64,000 nt of DNA from Azolla caroliniana (GCA_043228905.1 JBHGNT010000012.1:11408001-11472000), one strand, 5' to 3'; positions 13,041 to 26,638 are shown, counted from the stretch's first letter. The notes: generated from the sequence alone by a model not told the origin. Program-made: numbers and translations.

Positions 13041-13340
13041 ATCCGGCTCCAGCTTATTCAGCCAATCCAGATCTAGTTGAGCTTGTCTGCTCAACACTCC
13101 CCCTCAAGCTCAACTTGAGGTCAGATCGTGGTGTCAGTGTCTGCCAGTTCTTTACTCCAGCTCCTCCAGGCGTCTTCCTGCCTTGCTCGCGCTCTCGACC
13201 CGTCCAGTTCTGCGCACCTCGACCTTCTTGGTCGGCTTGCCCGTTCATCAGGCCCAACTCAGCTCCCATCACTGCTATGAATTTGGCGCTTTGCGACCCG
13301 TTAGTTCCTCCGTTTCAGGGTTGATTTCCGTTGCCTTTGA
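13041..13340 (-). mobile_element. Copia family B 3' end (3' region, PPT 13097-13108, truncated LTR start)
   Basis: Minus strand TTGAGCTTGAGGGGGAG-TGTTGAGCAGACAAGCTC; matches 10700-10960. Confidence 0.85.
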
Positions 13341-15352
13341 GTGTCAAATAGTCGTAATAGCCCAAGCCTATCAAACAAATTTGAAGTCCTTAGTCAATTC
13401 GAAAAAGAGTTAAACGACTAAGTCTAGCCCTTTGGTTGGACAGGCCTAGATCTATGCAGCCCATTAGTGGTTACATTCCCTCTAAGCAAGCTAGCAATGT
13501 TTTCCTAGCTCAAGTAACAATTAGTATTAAAAGTAATCCTCTAGTACATGTCTAGCACTCATGGATTCCAGAGCAAATTCTTGCTTCATCGATAAGAATT
13601 TTGCCCAAGCTCATTAGATATGCCTCGATATTGGGCAAAATTCTTATCGATGGTCGCCCTATTGCTTCCAGAAATATCATAGAAAAGTAAGAGCCGATTA
13701 ATGTTGTCCTAAATAATTTGGCATGTTTAGTATCATTTAATATAATTAGTAGTCCAAAGCATCCAATTGTTTTGGGGTTACCATGGTTCGAATTATGCAA
13801 TCCGGATGTAGATTGGAGAACAAGAGAAATCGAGTATCGACAACCTCGAGGATCTACTCATAAGATTTCAATGATTTCGCTACATCAATTGCGTGAGGAA
13901 GGATGCAAGGAAACAATGTTTGTATTTGCAGTATCAGTGAAACCTTCCAACACTTCTAAGGAGGAGTCAACAATTCAACTTCCAGAGAAGTATCATCATT
14001 ACGCACATTTTTGATAAGGTAAAAGCTAGTACTCTTCCTGATTATCGACTGTATGATTGTTCCATTGACTTACAACACGGAAAAGAGCCACCGTGGGGAC
14101 CGATTTATAACTTGTCACCAACCAAGCTTGAAGTACTTCGATTCTATAGAGGAAAATTTGACAAACGGGTTCATTCGACATTCAAAATTTGTAGCCAGCG
14201 CACCTATTTTCTTTGTTAAGAAAAACGATAGATCACTTCGTCTAGTCGTGGATTACCATGGCTTGAATATGGTCACTATCAGGAATAGGTATGCACTTCC
14301 CCTGATCTCGAGTCTTTTAGAAAGAATTAATGGTGCAAAGTTTTTTACAAAAATAGACTTACGAGGAGCATATAACCTCATACGGATTCAATGGGGAGAT
14401 GAATGGAAGAGAACTTTCCGCACCTGATATGGTTATGCCATTCGGCCTCACCAATGCACCAACAATTTTCCAACACATGGCAAATGATATATTCCGAGAT
14501 CTTTTGGACATTTGTTTGATCATCTACATGGATGATCTGCTAGTTTATTCAAAGACACAAGAGGAGCATGATTCTCATGTACTATTGGTACTAAGATGAC
14601 TATGAGAACATGGTCTTTATGCAAAGCAGGAAATGTGTATCTTTGACAGTAATCAAGTGGAATTTCTAGGCTATGTCATCTCATCGGAAGGCATCTCTAT
14701 GGATCGAGGTAAAGTCCAAACTGTGTTAGAGTGGCAGATTCCACATTCATTGCGAGATGTGCAATGTTTTTTAGGATTCGCAAACTTCTATCGCAAGTTT
14801 ATACAGGACTACTCAAAGCTTATTTTGCCGCTCACACAGCTTACAAAGAAAGGGAAATCGTTTGTTTGGAATAAGGAAATGGACATGGCTTTTTATTATT
14901 GAAGCAGATGCGCCCGATTTCGCCCTTGGTAGTATTTTGTCACAACAAGGTGACGATGAAAAGCTACATCCCGTTCGCTTTCCACTTGCGTAAATTTGAC
15001 GCCATCGAAATCAACTACAAGATACACGACAAGGAGCTCTTGGCAATAGTGGACTCTTTTGCACAATGGAGGCATCTTTTAGAAGGATCTCCTCATCAAG
15101 TCACTGTATTCAATGATCACAAGAATTTTGCCTACTTCCAGAATGCTCACATATTAAAGAGACGACAAGCTCGGTGGGCCCAATTCCTCACCCGTTTTTA
15201 CTTCAACATTACATATCGTCCGGGAAAGCAACATGGGAAGGAGAATGCATTATCACGACGCTCGTATCTAGCTCCTCGTCCTAGTGATCTGGCCTTCAAC
15301 AATCAAACGCAAGTAATCCTGGGTCCGACACGACTTCAAGCAACGTGGGTCT

Positions 15353-18300
15353 TGTTAGGAAACAGGTCCCTCCGGATGAGAAGTCAGAAGAACAGTATTG
15401 ATGGGAAACCGGATGAGGAATACCCAGCTACGGAAGACCCGGTGAGAACCGGATCACGAGTACCCGGCTACGGAGAGCCGGATGTTGCAAACCCGGTGAG
15501 AACCGGATGACGAGTACCTGGCTACGGAGAGCCAAATGTTGCAGACCCGGTGAGAACCGGATGACGAGTACTCGGCAAGCGCCGGATGGTGCAAGCCCAG
15601 TGAGGAGTGCTCACCGGATGAAGAGACATATTCGTAAATATGTTTCTAAGAGTCCATCGTGGCTATATTTGTAAATAGCCAAAAAGTCATATTAGTATAA
15701 ATATGACTTAGGGAAAACATTTGTAAGTGACTGCGAGATAGTTGTGGTCATTCTTGTTGGCGCAAGATTAGAGCGTGCAACTGTGGACAGAGAGAGTGAG
15801 AGAGAGGAAGAGGTCGTTGCATCTGATTGTAACCGCCGCCTGTGGCGAAGATAGCAAGCTCGAGGTCGTGGCCTCGGTGCTTTCTTATTGTACATTCTGA
15901 CATAGTGATAGTTTGCGGTCTGTGGGTTGCCGTGGTTTTTTCCCGAGTTTGGGTTTTCCACGTAAACATCCTGTGTACTCTTCTCTCTATCGCGTTGTGT
16001 TTCATTACCTGTTTTCTGTGTTTTATTCTAGGCTCGGTTGTGACCGAGCGTTGTTCAAGGGAGCGTGTAGTTCCTGTCAAAGTGGTATTAGAGCAAAACG
16101 ACACAGAAAAATGGACGAATCGTTGGGAGGCATGTTCAAGCTCACCGGCTCCAACTATTCCGTGTGGAAGTCGAAGATGAGGGACATGCTCGTGGTTAAA
16201 GATCTTTGGTTGCCGGTTCAATTCGGGGACAAGAGACCGGACAAAATCGACGCCACGATATGGGAGGTGATGCACATGAAGACAACGGCCTACATACGGT
16301 GCTTCATCGACATGAGCCTTTACAACAACTTCAATGAAGAGAGCAAGGCTCATGAGCTCTGGGAGAAGATCGGCATTATGTTTCAAAACAAAAATGTTGT
16401 TAATCAGGTTTCGATATTCTGGAAGCTAGTAAGATTCCGGTACCAAGATGGCTCCAGCATGGCGGAGCACATGAATACCTTCCAGGAGCTGATCCACCAG
16501 GCAACATCATTGGAAGTACCTCTCACCGACGAGGTACTAGCGCTACTCCTGCTCGGTTCCCTCCCGGATAGCTAGGAGACGTTGGTTGTCACTAAGGTTA
16601 TCCCTAGCAAGAGTGAAGTCGAGCTTGCTAGATGAGGAGGCTCGTCGGAAAGATAAGGATACGAGCTCCAACTCCAAAGCGCTCCTTACCGAATCGGAAC
16701 GCGGAAGACAAAGGAACCGGAGTCCCCAGAACCGGGAAAAGTCGGGGATGCGGTCAAAGTCAAGGGGGAGGCCTACTTGCTTCTATTGCGGCAAGCCAGG
16801 ACACTTCCAGAAGAACTGTCGGCATTTCCGAAAAGACAAGGAAACCGACGGTACCGATTCGAAGCGGACTCCGGACCGGAAGGGAACTACGGCAATCGTG
16901 GCAAGTGAAGAAGAGTTGATGCTCATCATCGAGGAGAGTGAGCTAAACCTTGCCGGCGACGAGATGACCTGGGTGGTCGACTCCGGAGCGTCGTTCCACC
17001 TTACCCCGGACCGGAAATGCTTCTCGTCCTACTCAGCTAGTGATCATGGTTGTGTCCGGATGGGGAATGAAGGTACATGCCGAATTTTCGGCATAGGAGA
17101 CGTGTGGCTGACAACACCAACCGGATGCAAGTTGCTGTTGAAGGATGTCTGCCACGTTCCGGAGGTTCGTCTGAACCTGATATCAACCGGTCGGCTAGAT
17201 GATGAAGGCTACACGGGTAGCATCCGGAACAGTGTTATGAAGTTCAACAAAGGGAGCCTGATTGTGGCTCGGGCCCGAAAGGTAAACACGTTGTACCTGA
17301 TGAATGCCCGGTTATGTCCGGAGGAAGTGAACGTGGCATCCGACACTACCGGTGAGCTGTGGCACAAAAGGTTGTGTCACATGAGCGAGAAGGGGATGAA
17401 GAGGCTTGCTGATGACAACCTCATTCCAATGAAGAACGTGCACTTGGAGAAGTGCACGGATTGTCTGGCCAGTAAGCAAAACCGGACCTCCTTCCGACCA
17501 AGGCCACCAATGAGATATAATGCACCACTGGAGTTGGTGCATACTGATGTGTGCCAAGTGGACACGAAGTCACATGCCGGAGCGCAGTACTTCGTGATGT
17601 TCATAGATGATCACAGCCGGAAGTTGTGGGCCACACCGTTGAAGACGAAGGATCAGGTGCTATCCGTCTTCAAAGAGCTCCACGTGAGAGTGGAAAGAGA
17701 AACCGGCCGAAAGCTGAAGGCGGTTCGAGCAGATAACGGAGGTGAATACCGGGGGCAGTTTGAGGAGTACTGTCGCTCAAAGGGAATCCGGCTCGAATTT
17801 ACTGTGCTGAAGACGCCGGACTAAACGGGCTGGCCGAGAGGATGAACCGGACCATAATGGAGAGGTTCCGGAGTATGCTGGCGCATGCAAAACTACCCAA
17901 GAAGTTTTGGGCTGAGGCATTGTCGACGGCGACATATGTGATAAACAGATCACCCTCAGTACCCTTGGACAGAGACATGCCACAGAGAGTCTGGACCGGT
18001 AAGGAAGTGTCCTACCGGCATCTGAAGGTATTTGGGTGTCTCGCGTACATGCATGTAGCTAAGGACCGGAGAGGAAAGTTAGATCCAAAGACCCGGCCAT
18101 GCATATTCCTCGGTTACGGCGACGATGAGTTCGGCTACCGAGTGTGGGACCCGGTCGACAAGAAGGTATTCCGGAGTCGAGATATTATCTTCATGGAGGA
18201 CAAGACGCTCGCCGACTGGGAGTCGGAGAAGAAGATAATGAACTCCGAGTCGACCGGTAAGGATCGATTCTACGATGAGTAGACCCAACCGGCAAGAGAC

Positions 18301-20780
18301 CGGTTAGCACTCGAGGAACCAGCCGGTTACGGTGAGGATACCGAACCGACAGAAGAAGAAGTAGAGGAAGCTGAAACAGGAACCGGCCAAGACCCCGAAT
18401 CGGATTCGGATGAAGAGCAAATGGAGGAGCCGGTTACCGAAGCCCAAAGACGGAGATATCCTCTCAGAGAGAGAAGGGCCCCTCGGAGATTTTCGGATGT
18501 AGAGCATGTACTGCTAACCGATGAGGGGGAGCCAGAAAGCTTCGAGGAAGCTAAAAGTGACGCCCATAGCTGCAAATGGTTAAGTGCCATGCAGGATGAG
18601 ATGGATTCCCTGCATGAGAACCATACGTACAAATTGGTGGAGTTGCCAAAAGGAAAGCGGGCACTCCGAAACAAGTGGGTGTACAAGTTGAAACCAGGAG
18701 ATGCCGGCAACCCCTCGAGATATAAAGCCAGGATCGTGGTGAAGGGGTTCCAGCAGAAGAAGGGCGTGGACTTCGACGAGATATTTGCCCCGGTAGTAAA
18801 GATGACCTCCATCCGGACGGTGCTGAGTATAGCGGCAAGCATGGACCTCCAGGTAGAGCAGCTAGATGTGAAGACGACATTCCTTCACGACGACCTCGAA
18901 GAGGAGATCTACATGCAGCAACCGGAAGGATTCGTGGAGAAAGGGAAGGAGCACCTGGTATGCCGGTTGAAGAAGAGCCTGTACGGACTGAAGCAGGCTT
19001 CCCGACAATGGTACTGGAAGTTCGACTCCTTCATGACCGATCAAGGGTACCACAAGACGCAGGCCAATCACTGCGTGTTTGTGAAGAAGTTCGGAGGAGG
19101 CGACTTCCTGATACTCCTTCTGTACGTGGACGACATGTTGATCGTCGGACGGGACCAAATCAAAATACGGATGCCGAAGAAGGCTCTCAACCGGTTCAAT
19201 GAAAGACTTGGGTCCAACAAGACAGATGTTGGGGATGCATATCATCCGGAACCGGCCATCGAAGCAATTGTGGCTGTCACAGGAGAAGTATGTGACAAAG
19301 GTGCTTCAGCGGTTCAACATGTTGGAAGCGGAACCGGTCGGATCGACACTCCCGGCAAACTGTAGATTATCCGGTCAGCAAATCCCGAAGACGAAAGCAG
19401 GGAAGGCTGATATGATGAAGGTTCCATATGCCTCTGCCATCGGGAGCTTGATGTACGCAATGGTGTGTACCCGACCAGATATAGGATACGCAGTCGGAGT
19501 GGTGAGCCGGTTTATGAGCAATCCCGGCAAGGAGCATTGGAACGCGGTCAAGTGGATACTCCGGTACTTGAAGGGCACTTCGAACATGTGTCTTCGATTC
19601 GGCTCCGGTAAACCTCAACTTGACGGTTTTACCGATTTGGACATGTCGGCTGATGTGGATACCAGCCGGTCTACATCCGGGTATGTAATGACTTATGCAG
19701 AGGGAGCTGTTTTGTGGCAGTCGAGGCTGCTGAAGACGATTGCGTTGTCAACCACGGAGGCGGAGTACATGGCGGCTGTGGACGCAGGCAATGAAATATT
19801 ATGGATGAAGGACTTCATCGGAGAGCTTGGTATCAGGCAAGATGAATACCGGCTCTACTGCGACAGTCAAAGTGCCATCCACCTTGCTAAGAATGCGGCC
19901 TACCATTCCCGGACGAAGCATATCCAGCGAAGGTATCACTAGATCCGGGAAAGAGTAGATGGCCAGGAGTTCGCGCTGATGAAGATCCACACGGCCGAGA
20001 ACGGGTCAGATATGCTAACCAAAGTATTGGTACCCGACAAGTTGGATGCATGTCGGAAGCGGATCGGACTTGTAAGACACCCCATGTCGGAGTGAAGGGG
20101 GAGTTTGTTAGGAAACAGGTCCCTCCGGATGGGAAGTCAGATGAACAGTACTAATGGGAAACCAGATGAGGAATACCCAGCTACGGAAGACCCGGTGAGA
20201 ACCGGATGACGAGTACCCGGCTACGGAGAGCCGGATGTTGCAGACCCGGTGAGAACCGGATGACGAGTACCCGGCAAGCGCCGGATGGTGCAGGCCCGGT
20301 GAGGAGTGCTCACCGGATGAAGAGACATATTCGTAAATATGTTTCTGAGAGTCGATCGTGGTTATATTTGTAAATAGTCGAAAAGTCATATTAGTATAAA
20401 TATGACTTCGGGCAAACTTTTGTAAGTGAGTGCGAGATAGTTGTGGTCATTCTTGTTGGCGCAAGATTAGAGCGTGCAACTGTGTACAGAGAGAGTGAGA
20501 GAGAGGAAGAGGTCGTTGCCTCTGATTGTAATCGCCGCCTGTGGCGAAGATAGCAAGCTCGAGGTCGTGGCCTCGGTGCTTTCTTATTGTACATTCTAAC
20601 ATAGTGATATAGTTTGTGGTCTGTGGGCTGCCGTGGTTTTTTCCCGAGTTTGGGTTTTCCACATAAACATCCTGTGTACTCTTCTCTCTATCGCGTTGTG
20701 TTTCATTCCCTGTTTTTTGTGTTTTATTCTAGGCTCGGTTGTGACCGAGCGTTGTTCAAGGGAGCGTGTAGTTCCTGTCA
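15353..20780 (+). mobile_element. Structurally complete Tork/Tnt1-like Ty1/copia element
   Basis: LTRs 15353-16079 and 20106-20780 (TGTTAGG..CTGTCA, about 96% identical by eye); TSD GGTCT; PBS TGGTATTAGAGC 16083-16094; PPT 20094-20103. Confidence 0.97.
16111..20095 (+). pseudogene. Copia gag-pol polyprotein, disrupted
   Basis: gag MDESLGGMFKLTGSNY, zinc knuckle CFYCGKPGHFQKNC, protease VDSGAS, INT HTDVC/ADNGGEY, RT YVDDML, RNase H; stops near 16573, 17822, 18280, 19940 and frameshifts. Confidence 0.95.
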
Positions 20781-22329
20781 GGTCTTTGACACTCCATTGG
20801 ATTCCCGCATTATCGATACCATACGTGAAGATTTGAAGACGGATGTTTTCGCTCAAGCTATTCTAGATCAAATCGATCCTTCTTGTGTATCTTGTTCACG
20901 ATCACAACAACCAAGTATAGATTATCAACAATTCGAATGTCATAATGGATTACTCTTCCTTAAGAAACTTTTGTATGTTCCCAATGGTTCTTGATGCCTT
21001 CGAATAGTATAAAACTATCATGATACATACACAACCAGACATTTGGTAGTACTAAAACATTGGATTTAGTACACCAATCATTTTGGTGGCCTCATATACG
21101 AAGATTTGTCAAAGACTATGTTCGGACATGTGATACATGTTATAGAGCGAAGATGTTGCAACATCATCTATATGGTTTGTTGGAGCCATTATTGATCCCA
21201 CGCAAACCATGACAATCTATTTCTCTCGATTTTATCATAGATCTTCCGGACTCAAGAGGCTTCAATGCAATCTTAATAGTGGTAGATCAATATACTAAGA
21301 TGGCACATTTTGTGCCCTGTACTAAAGAAATCACTAGTGAAGAAACCGTTGGAAGTGTTATGGGTGAAGTATTTCGGCATCATTGTCTTCACGACAGTAT
21401 CATCAGTGATCGTGGATTGAAATTCGTCTCTAAATTTTGGAAGCATCTCTTTAAAATTTTGGAAGCAATCTCTCCTTCGGCTATCATCCCCAAACAAATG
21501 GACTAGTAGAATGCGCCAATCAAACGCTAGAACAGTATCTTCGGTGTTTCCTAAGCTATCAACAGGATGATTGGGTAGATATTTTACACTTTGCTGAATT
21601 TGATTATAATAATTCTATCCACTCCTCTACTAGGGTTACATCATTCTACGCATATATTGGCTATCATCCTCGCTGGTGTGTGTTTGAAACTCTTGAGTTA
21701 CCTACAAATCCTAGTGCAGAGGATCATTTGGAGCAGTTACGATGAATTCAGGCAGAAATATCTACCCATCTACATCTCGCCCAGAAAACAAAAAAGGACT
21801 ATGCAAATCGTCATCGGCTTCCATCCTCTTTTAATATTGGAGATCAAGTATGGCTATTACGACTACACATCAAGACTACTCGACCATGTGACAAAGTGGA
21901 TTATCGACAGTTAGACCCTTTCTATATTAACAGAAAAATTAATAATGTTACTTTTCGCCTTGATCTACCTCTACAACTATAGATACATCTGGTATTTTCA
22001 TAGTTTTCTCCTAGAACCCTATCAAGACAACACTATCCCAGATCGTATTACACCACCTCCACCCTTGATCGAACTTGAAGATGGACCTGAGTACGAGGTT
22101 GTTGCCATCCTCAACTCCAAGTTTGTTCACAACAAGCTCTATTATTTGGTCCATTGGCTAGGATATAGTCCAACGAGCGTACTTGGTAACTAGTGACGAA
22201 TTTGGCGAATGCTTGAGCTCTTCTTGAAGACTTCCATCGTCAATATCTGGACAAACGAGATCCTCAATCAAAGAGGACTCGTAACATTCGTTGTTTGAAG
22301 GGGGGATAGTGTCATGATATGGCATCGTA

Positions 22330-22400
22330 TGGCTCCAAAAGGATTTGAACCCATGATCTTGTGCTACATGGGTTGAACCCTTACCATTAAACCGTGCATT
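22330..22400 (-). other. tRNA-derived (A-box/B-box) sequence inside chromovirus LTR
   Basis: Minus strand GGTTTAATGGTAAGG...AGATCATGGGTTCAAATCC...GGAGCCA with canonical 34 nt between D-loop GG and TTC; anticodon and acceptor stems do not pair. Confidence 0.6.
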
Positions 22401-22637
22401 GTAATACTAAAAGTATTATTTTCATTTTTTATTTCACCATAGGAAATTCATGTATATTCCAGATTACTTTAGAACATTCTAAAAACTTCAGGAGTACTCT
22501 TGAGAGTACTATACATAGAGAGAGGCACATGACATTATTCAAAACCAATTCGGTTCAATGCCAGTCTTAAGCCTCCTAGCTATTCTTGTATCTTCTCTTC
22601 ATATAATATACCACTTGTTATCATAATTCTCTTCTCT

Positions 22638-22682
<45 letters not shown>

Positions 22683-22781
22683 GTGAGTCCCCATACACTT
22701 TTTCCCTTCTTAGTACTAATCATCATTCTTCCTCTTTATCTTTAGTACTAATTCTCCCTGTCTCTAGTACTATCTCTGACA

Positions 22782-23275
22782 GATCAACGTAACTTCTCGT
22801 TAGCCAATTTCAAGGTCCTCTTGGCTGACTAGGACTTCGCCTCCTAAGGTTTGTTTTCGTTCCTTCCGCAGTCGGATTCGCTCTTATCTGACTCTTCCCT
22901 GCCAGTGTCGTATTCTGGCATCTTCCTCTTCCCCTTCTCTTTGCGCATAAACTGTCTCCTCGGTTCCTTGCGGGGGGAGAGCACGACTGAGTCTCCACTA
23001 CTCACTGGCTCATCATCTTGTTGGTCTTTCTGACTCAGCTCTTCATTCGGCCCACTCAACTGGAATGACATCAGACTCTCATCTAGAGTACCGAAACCTT
23101 CTTCCTCTTTTGCCCGTATCGTTTCGGGCTCACTAGCCTCATCTTCCGGAATCGGGTCGGAGTCGGAGATTGGAGTCGGTAAAGAGTACCATGATGTAGA
23201 CTCATCAAACTCGACATCGCGGCTTACTATCTTGTTTTGTTCGGGGGTTATGGTACTATCATGTGAGTAGCCGAC
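22782..23275 (-). mobile_element. Copia family B internal fragment (INT C-term/linker); continuation of 30200-32869
   Basis: VGYSHD..VSRDVEFDES..RKEKGKRKMPEYD. Confidence 0.85.
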
Positions 23276-25245
23276 TGTCATGGACAAGTAGACGAGGCTC
23301 AATACTAAGAGAGTGAGAGAGAGATCATAGACAAGATAATAAGAAAGAGAGAAAGAAAGTAGTCAAGAGAACAAGAACTTAATTATGATTCCGTAACTGG
23401 TGTTGTTTACCTTGACTAAGCCCAAGGTGAACCCCTGTATTTATACATGTTTATGGGCTCTAAATGTAGCCCCATACAAAGACTCATTTTCATGAACAAG
23501 CTTCTAGAATGTTCTAGCTTCTAGAGCTTTCTTGAAGCTTCTAAAATCCTACATGTAGAATAGATAATCTACAATAATCTAGTAACGTAACATGATTATG
23601 TATTGGATAAAACATATTTATTAAATACAATAGTTCAAGACTTCGAATCATGACATGACTATTGTCATGTCCATGACATTATCCCCCTGCTAAGGACGCC
23701 TCCGAAGATACCTCCCCGGTTTTTGTGGATATTGATGATGAAATGCATGAACATCAACATCCGGTGCATTCTCCAAGTGTTGGGTTGGTTCCCAAGTTGC
23801 CTCTGAAATGGGATACCCTTTCCAGAGGACTAAGTATTGAAGTTGTTGTCGATTCGAACGAGAGTCTAGAATCTTGTCCACCTCATACTCCTCAACTGGA
23901 GGTGGAGGTGGAGATTGTCTTCCAGGAATAGTGGATGGATGATAAGGTTCGAGAATAGAGGCATGGAAGACATTATGAATCCGGAAATGTGGATGAGGTT
24001 CCAATCAGAAAGTGACAGGATTGACACACTCAATGATGCGGAAAGGCCCCAACTTCTTGTAATCCAACTTTCCGCAAGCTCGAGTAGTTTCTACATGGCG
24101 ACGTAAGAGCCAATCTTGATCACCAACTGCAAACGCGGGTGTAGCGGAACGATGTCGATCAGCTTGCACTTTATACAAGTCCCTTGCAAGGATGAGTTCG
24201 AGGGAGAGGTCTTGATGAATGTCGGCTAAAATACAAGCACGTCCTTCTGCTAACGGGTTGACAGAGTTGCTAGGGATGGAAATACTGAAGCGAGGATGGA
24301 AACCATAGTTGGCGAAAAGTGGGGTGACCCCAGTTGAACCATGGAGCGTATTACTATATGTGGACTTTGCCAAGGGTAGGACGTCATCCCAATCATCTTG
24401 TTGGTAGCTAGGCGAGCATCGAAGGTATTGCTCAAGAATTTGGTTCACCCACTCCGTTTGGCCATCTGTTTGAGGATGATAGGACGAAGACAAATTCAGT
24501 GTTGTGCCCAATGTTTGAAGGAGCCACCGCCAAAAACGAGAGACAAGTTGGGGTTCGTGATCTGAGGTGACATCATCTAGGACCCCATGAAGTCGCACCA
24601 CATTCTTTAAAAATATATCGGTTGTTGCTTCTGCTAAAATAGTCTTTGCACAAGGGGCAAAATGAGCCATCTCTGCACAAGGGGCAAATTCAGTGTTGTG
24701 CCCAATGTTTGAAGGAGCCACCGCCAAAAACGAGAGACAAGTTGGGGTTCGTGATCTGAGGTGACATCATCTGGGACCCCATGAAGTCGCACCACATTCT
24801 TTAAAAATATATCGGTTGTTGCTTCTGCTAAAATAGTCTTTGCACAAGGGGCAAAATGAGCCATCTTTGTAAACCGATCTACCATGAAGAGCAATATGTC
24901 ATATCCATGGACAAGAGGCAAGTTAACGATGAAATCCATGGAAATTGATGCCCAAGGCTGTTTCAGAATGGGAAGTGGTTGGAGCAACCCATATGGCTTA
25001 TGGTGGACGACTTTGGATCTAGCACAAGTATCACATGTCTTGATGAATTCCTTGACAAACTTCCATGGTTGAGGCCACCAATATCCTCGTGAGATTAATT
25101 CGAGGGTCTTTGTAACGCCAAAATAACTAGCCAAGGGGTCATCATGACACTTTTGGAGAACTTGAGTTCGACATTGGCCCTCCGGAACATATAAGATTTG
25201 GTCTCTGTAAAGCAATCCCCCCTCAAATCTGAAGCGATGAAGGTC
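23276..25245 (-). mobile_element. Tcn1-like chromovirus G, 3' half (INT, chromodomain, PPT, 3' LTR 23276-23678)
   Basis: LYRDQILYVPEG..CHDDP..SMDFI..HPQTDGQTE; EEYEVDKILDSR..YLVLWKGY; GGGGGATAA-TGTCATGG...ATGACA. Confidence 0.92.
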
Positions 25246-26220
25246 TTAGACCCATGTATGTACATTCGGCAAATGGCTGAAGAGTCTAGGATTTCTCTAA
25301 TCCTATATGTTGACGACATGCTGATTGTAGTTAGAAATCAAGCAGAGATCGAAAAGCTAAAGTGGAGCCTTCATGACAAGTTTGCGGTGAAGGAACTCAG
25401 ACAAGCCCGTCACATACTAGGCATGAGGATCGAGCGAAATTGGATCACCAAGTCTCTCCAACTCTCCCATGTCGACTATATCCGAAAGGTGCTAAAGCGC
25501 TTCAACGTGGAGAATGTGAAGCCAACACCCAACCTAGCCTATGTTGTAGGGGTGGTCAGCTGATACATGTCAAATCCAGGACAGAAGCATTGGAAGGCTA
25601 TCAAGCACATCTTCAGGTACCTGAGAGGGATCGAAGATACACAGCTGACTTTCCTTTTGACAACCTCAGTCGAAGTCAAGGCTACACTGATTTCGACTAT
25701 GCCTGAAATACTAACAATTGGAAGTCAACATTAGGCTATATTTTCACCTATGGTGGCGGTGCTATATCATGGAGGTCGAAGCTTCAAGAGTGCACGGCCC
25801 TATCGACCACAGAGGTTGAGTACATAGCAACATTGGAGGCAGCGAAGGAAGCCATCTAGCTGCACCGACTATTTGCTGACTTCTTATCTACAAGCTAAAA
25901 CGACCGACCAGCACCAACCATCTATTGCGACTCACAGAGCGCTATACACCTCGTCAACAATCCTGTATATCATGCAAAGACAAAGCATATTGAGGTGCGA
26001 TATCATCACATCCGGGAGCTCATAACCGAGAAGAAGCTCAAAGTTCGGAAGATCGACACCAAGGTGAACATCGTTGATTGCCTGACGAAGCCACTCCCTT
26101 ATCAGTGCTTCGAAACACTAAGGAGAAATATGGGACTGCGACAAGTGACCGAGCAGAAGAAGGCCGAACGAGGAGCAGAAGGAAAGCTGAACCGATTGAC
26201 TCAGACAAGTCAATCTGATT
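25246..26220 (+). mobile_element. Ty1/copia RT-RNase H fragment
   Basis: DPCMY..LILYVDDMLIV; YTDFDYA; ALSTTEVEY; TKHIEVRYHHIRE. Confidence 0.9.
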
Positions 26221-26638
26221 GACTAGCCAAACCAAGCTAAACATTGAACACATCTCTGTGAACTCAGCCACATGCCGACTGACTTGTAAATATAAACTGT
26301 CAGACACAAATTGTATATTATTTACATAGAAATTGAGGTATTGCCCTCATATGCATACGTAACATATGTATGTGAACATAACATGCAATTGAGGTATTAA
26401 TCTCGTACGCATACGACTCAAATCACATATCAAATATATGTCCAATGAGATATTGTCTCATAGACATATACGTTTTATACAACCAATTATTACCACTACA
26501 ACATAATTGAATCAATGAAAAAATTACATATTGACTATACATGATTAGATTGGGAGAAGAAAGAATAGAAAATAAATATAAAGAAAGAATTACCGAAGTT
26601 CCTTTGTTGATGGTTATCTGGATCAAGCTTGATTCTAA

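Larger units (their letters stand above)
13341..22781 (+). mobile_element. Tcn1-like chromovirus (PR, RT, RH, INT, chromodomain, PPT, 3' LTR 22310-22781); 5' LTR lost; interrupted by the Tork element
   Basis: [39 protein letters not shown], chromodomain EYEVVAILNSKFVHNKLYYLVHWLGY; GAAGGGGGGATAG-TGTCATGA...CTGACA. Confidence 0.9.

Noticed and set aside
22330-22400. Functional tRNA gene
   Set aside because: Acceptor and anticodon stems do not pair; kept only as tRNA-derived
26300-26638. AT-rich stretch with a short ~56-bp-period repeat
   Set aside because: Cannot assign termini or family from this window
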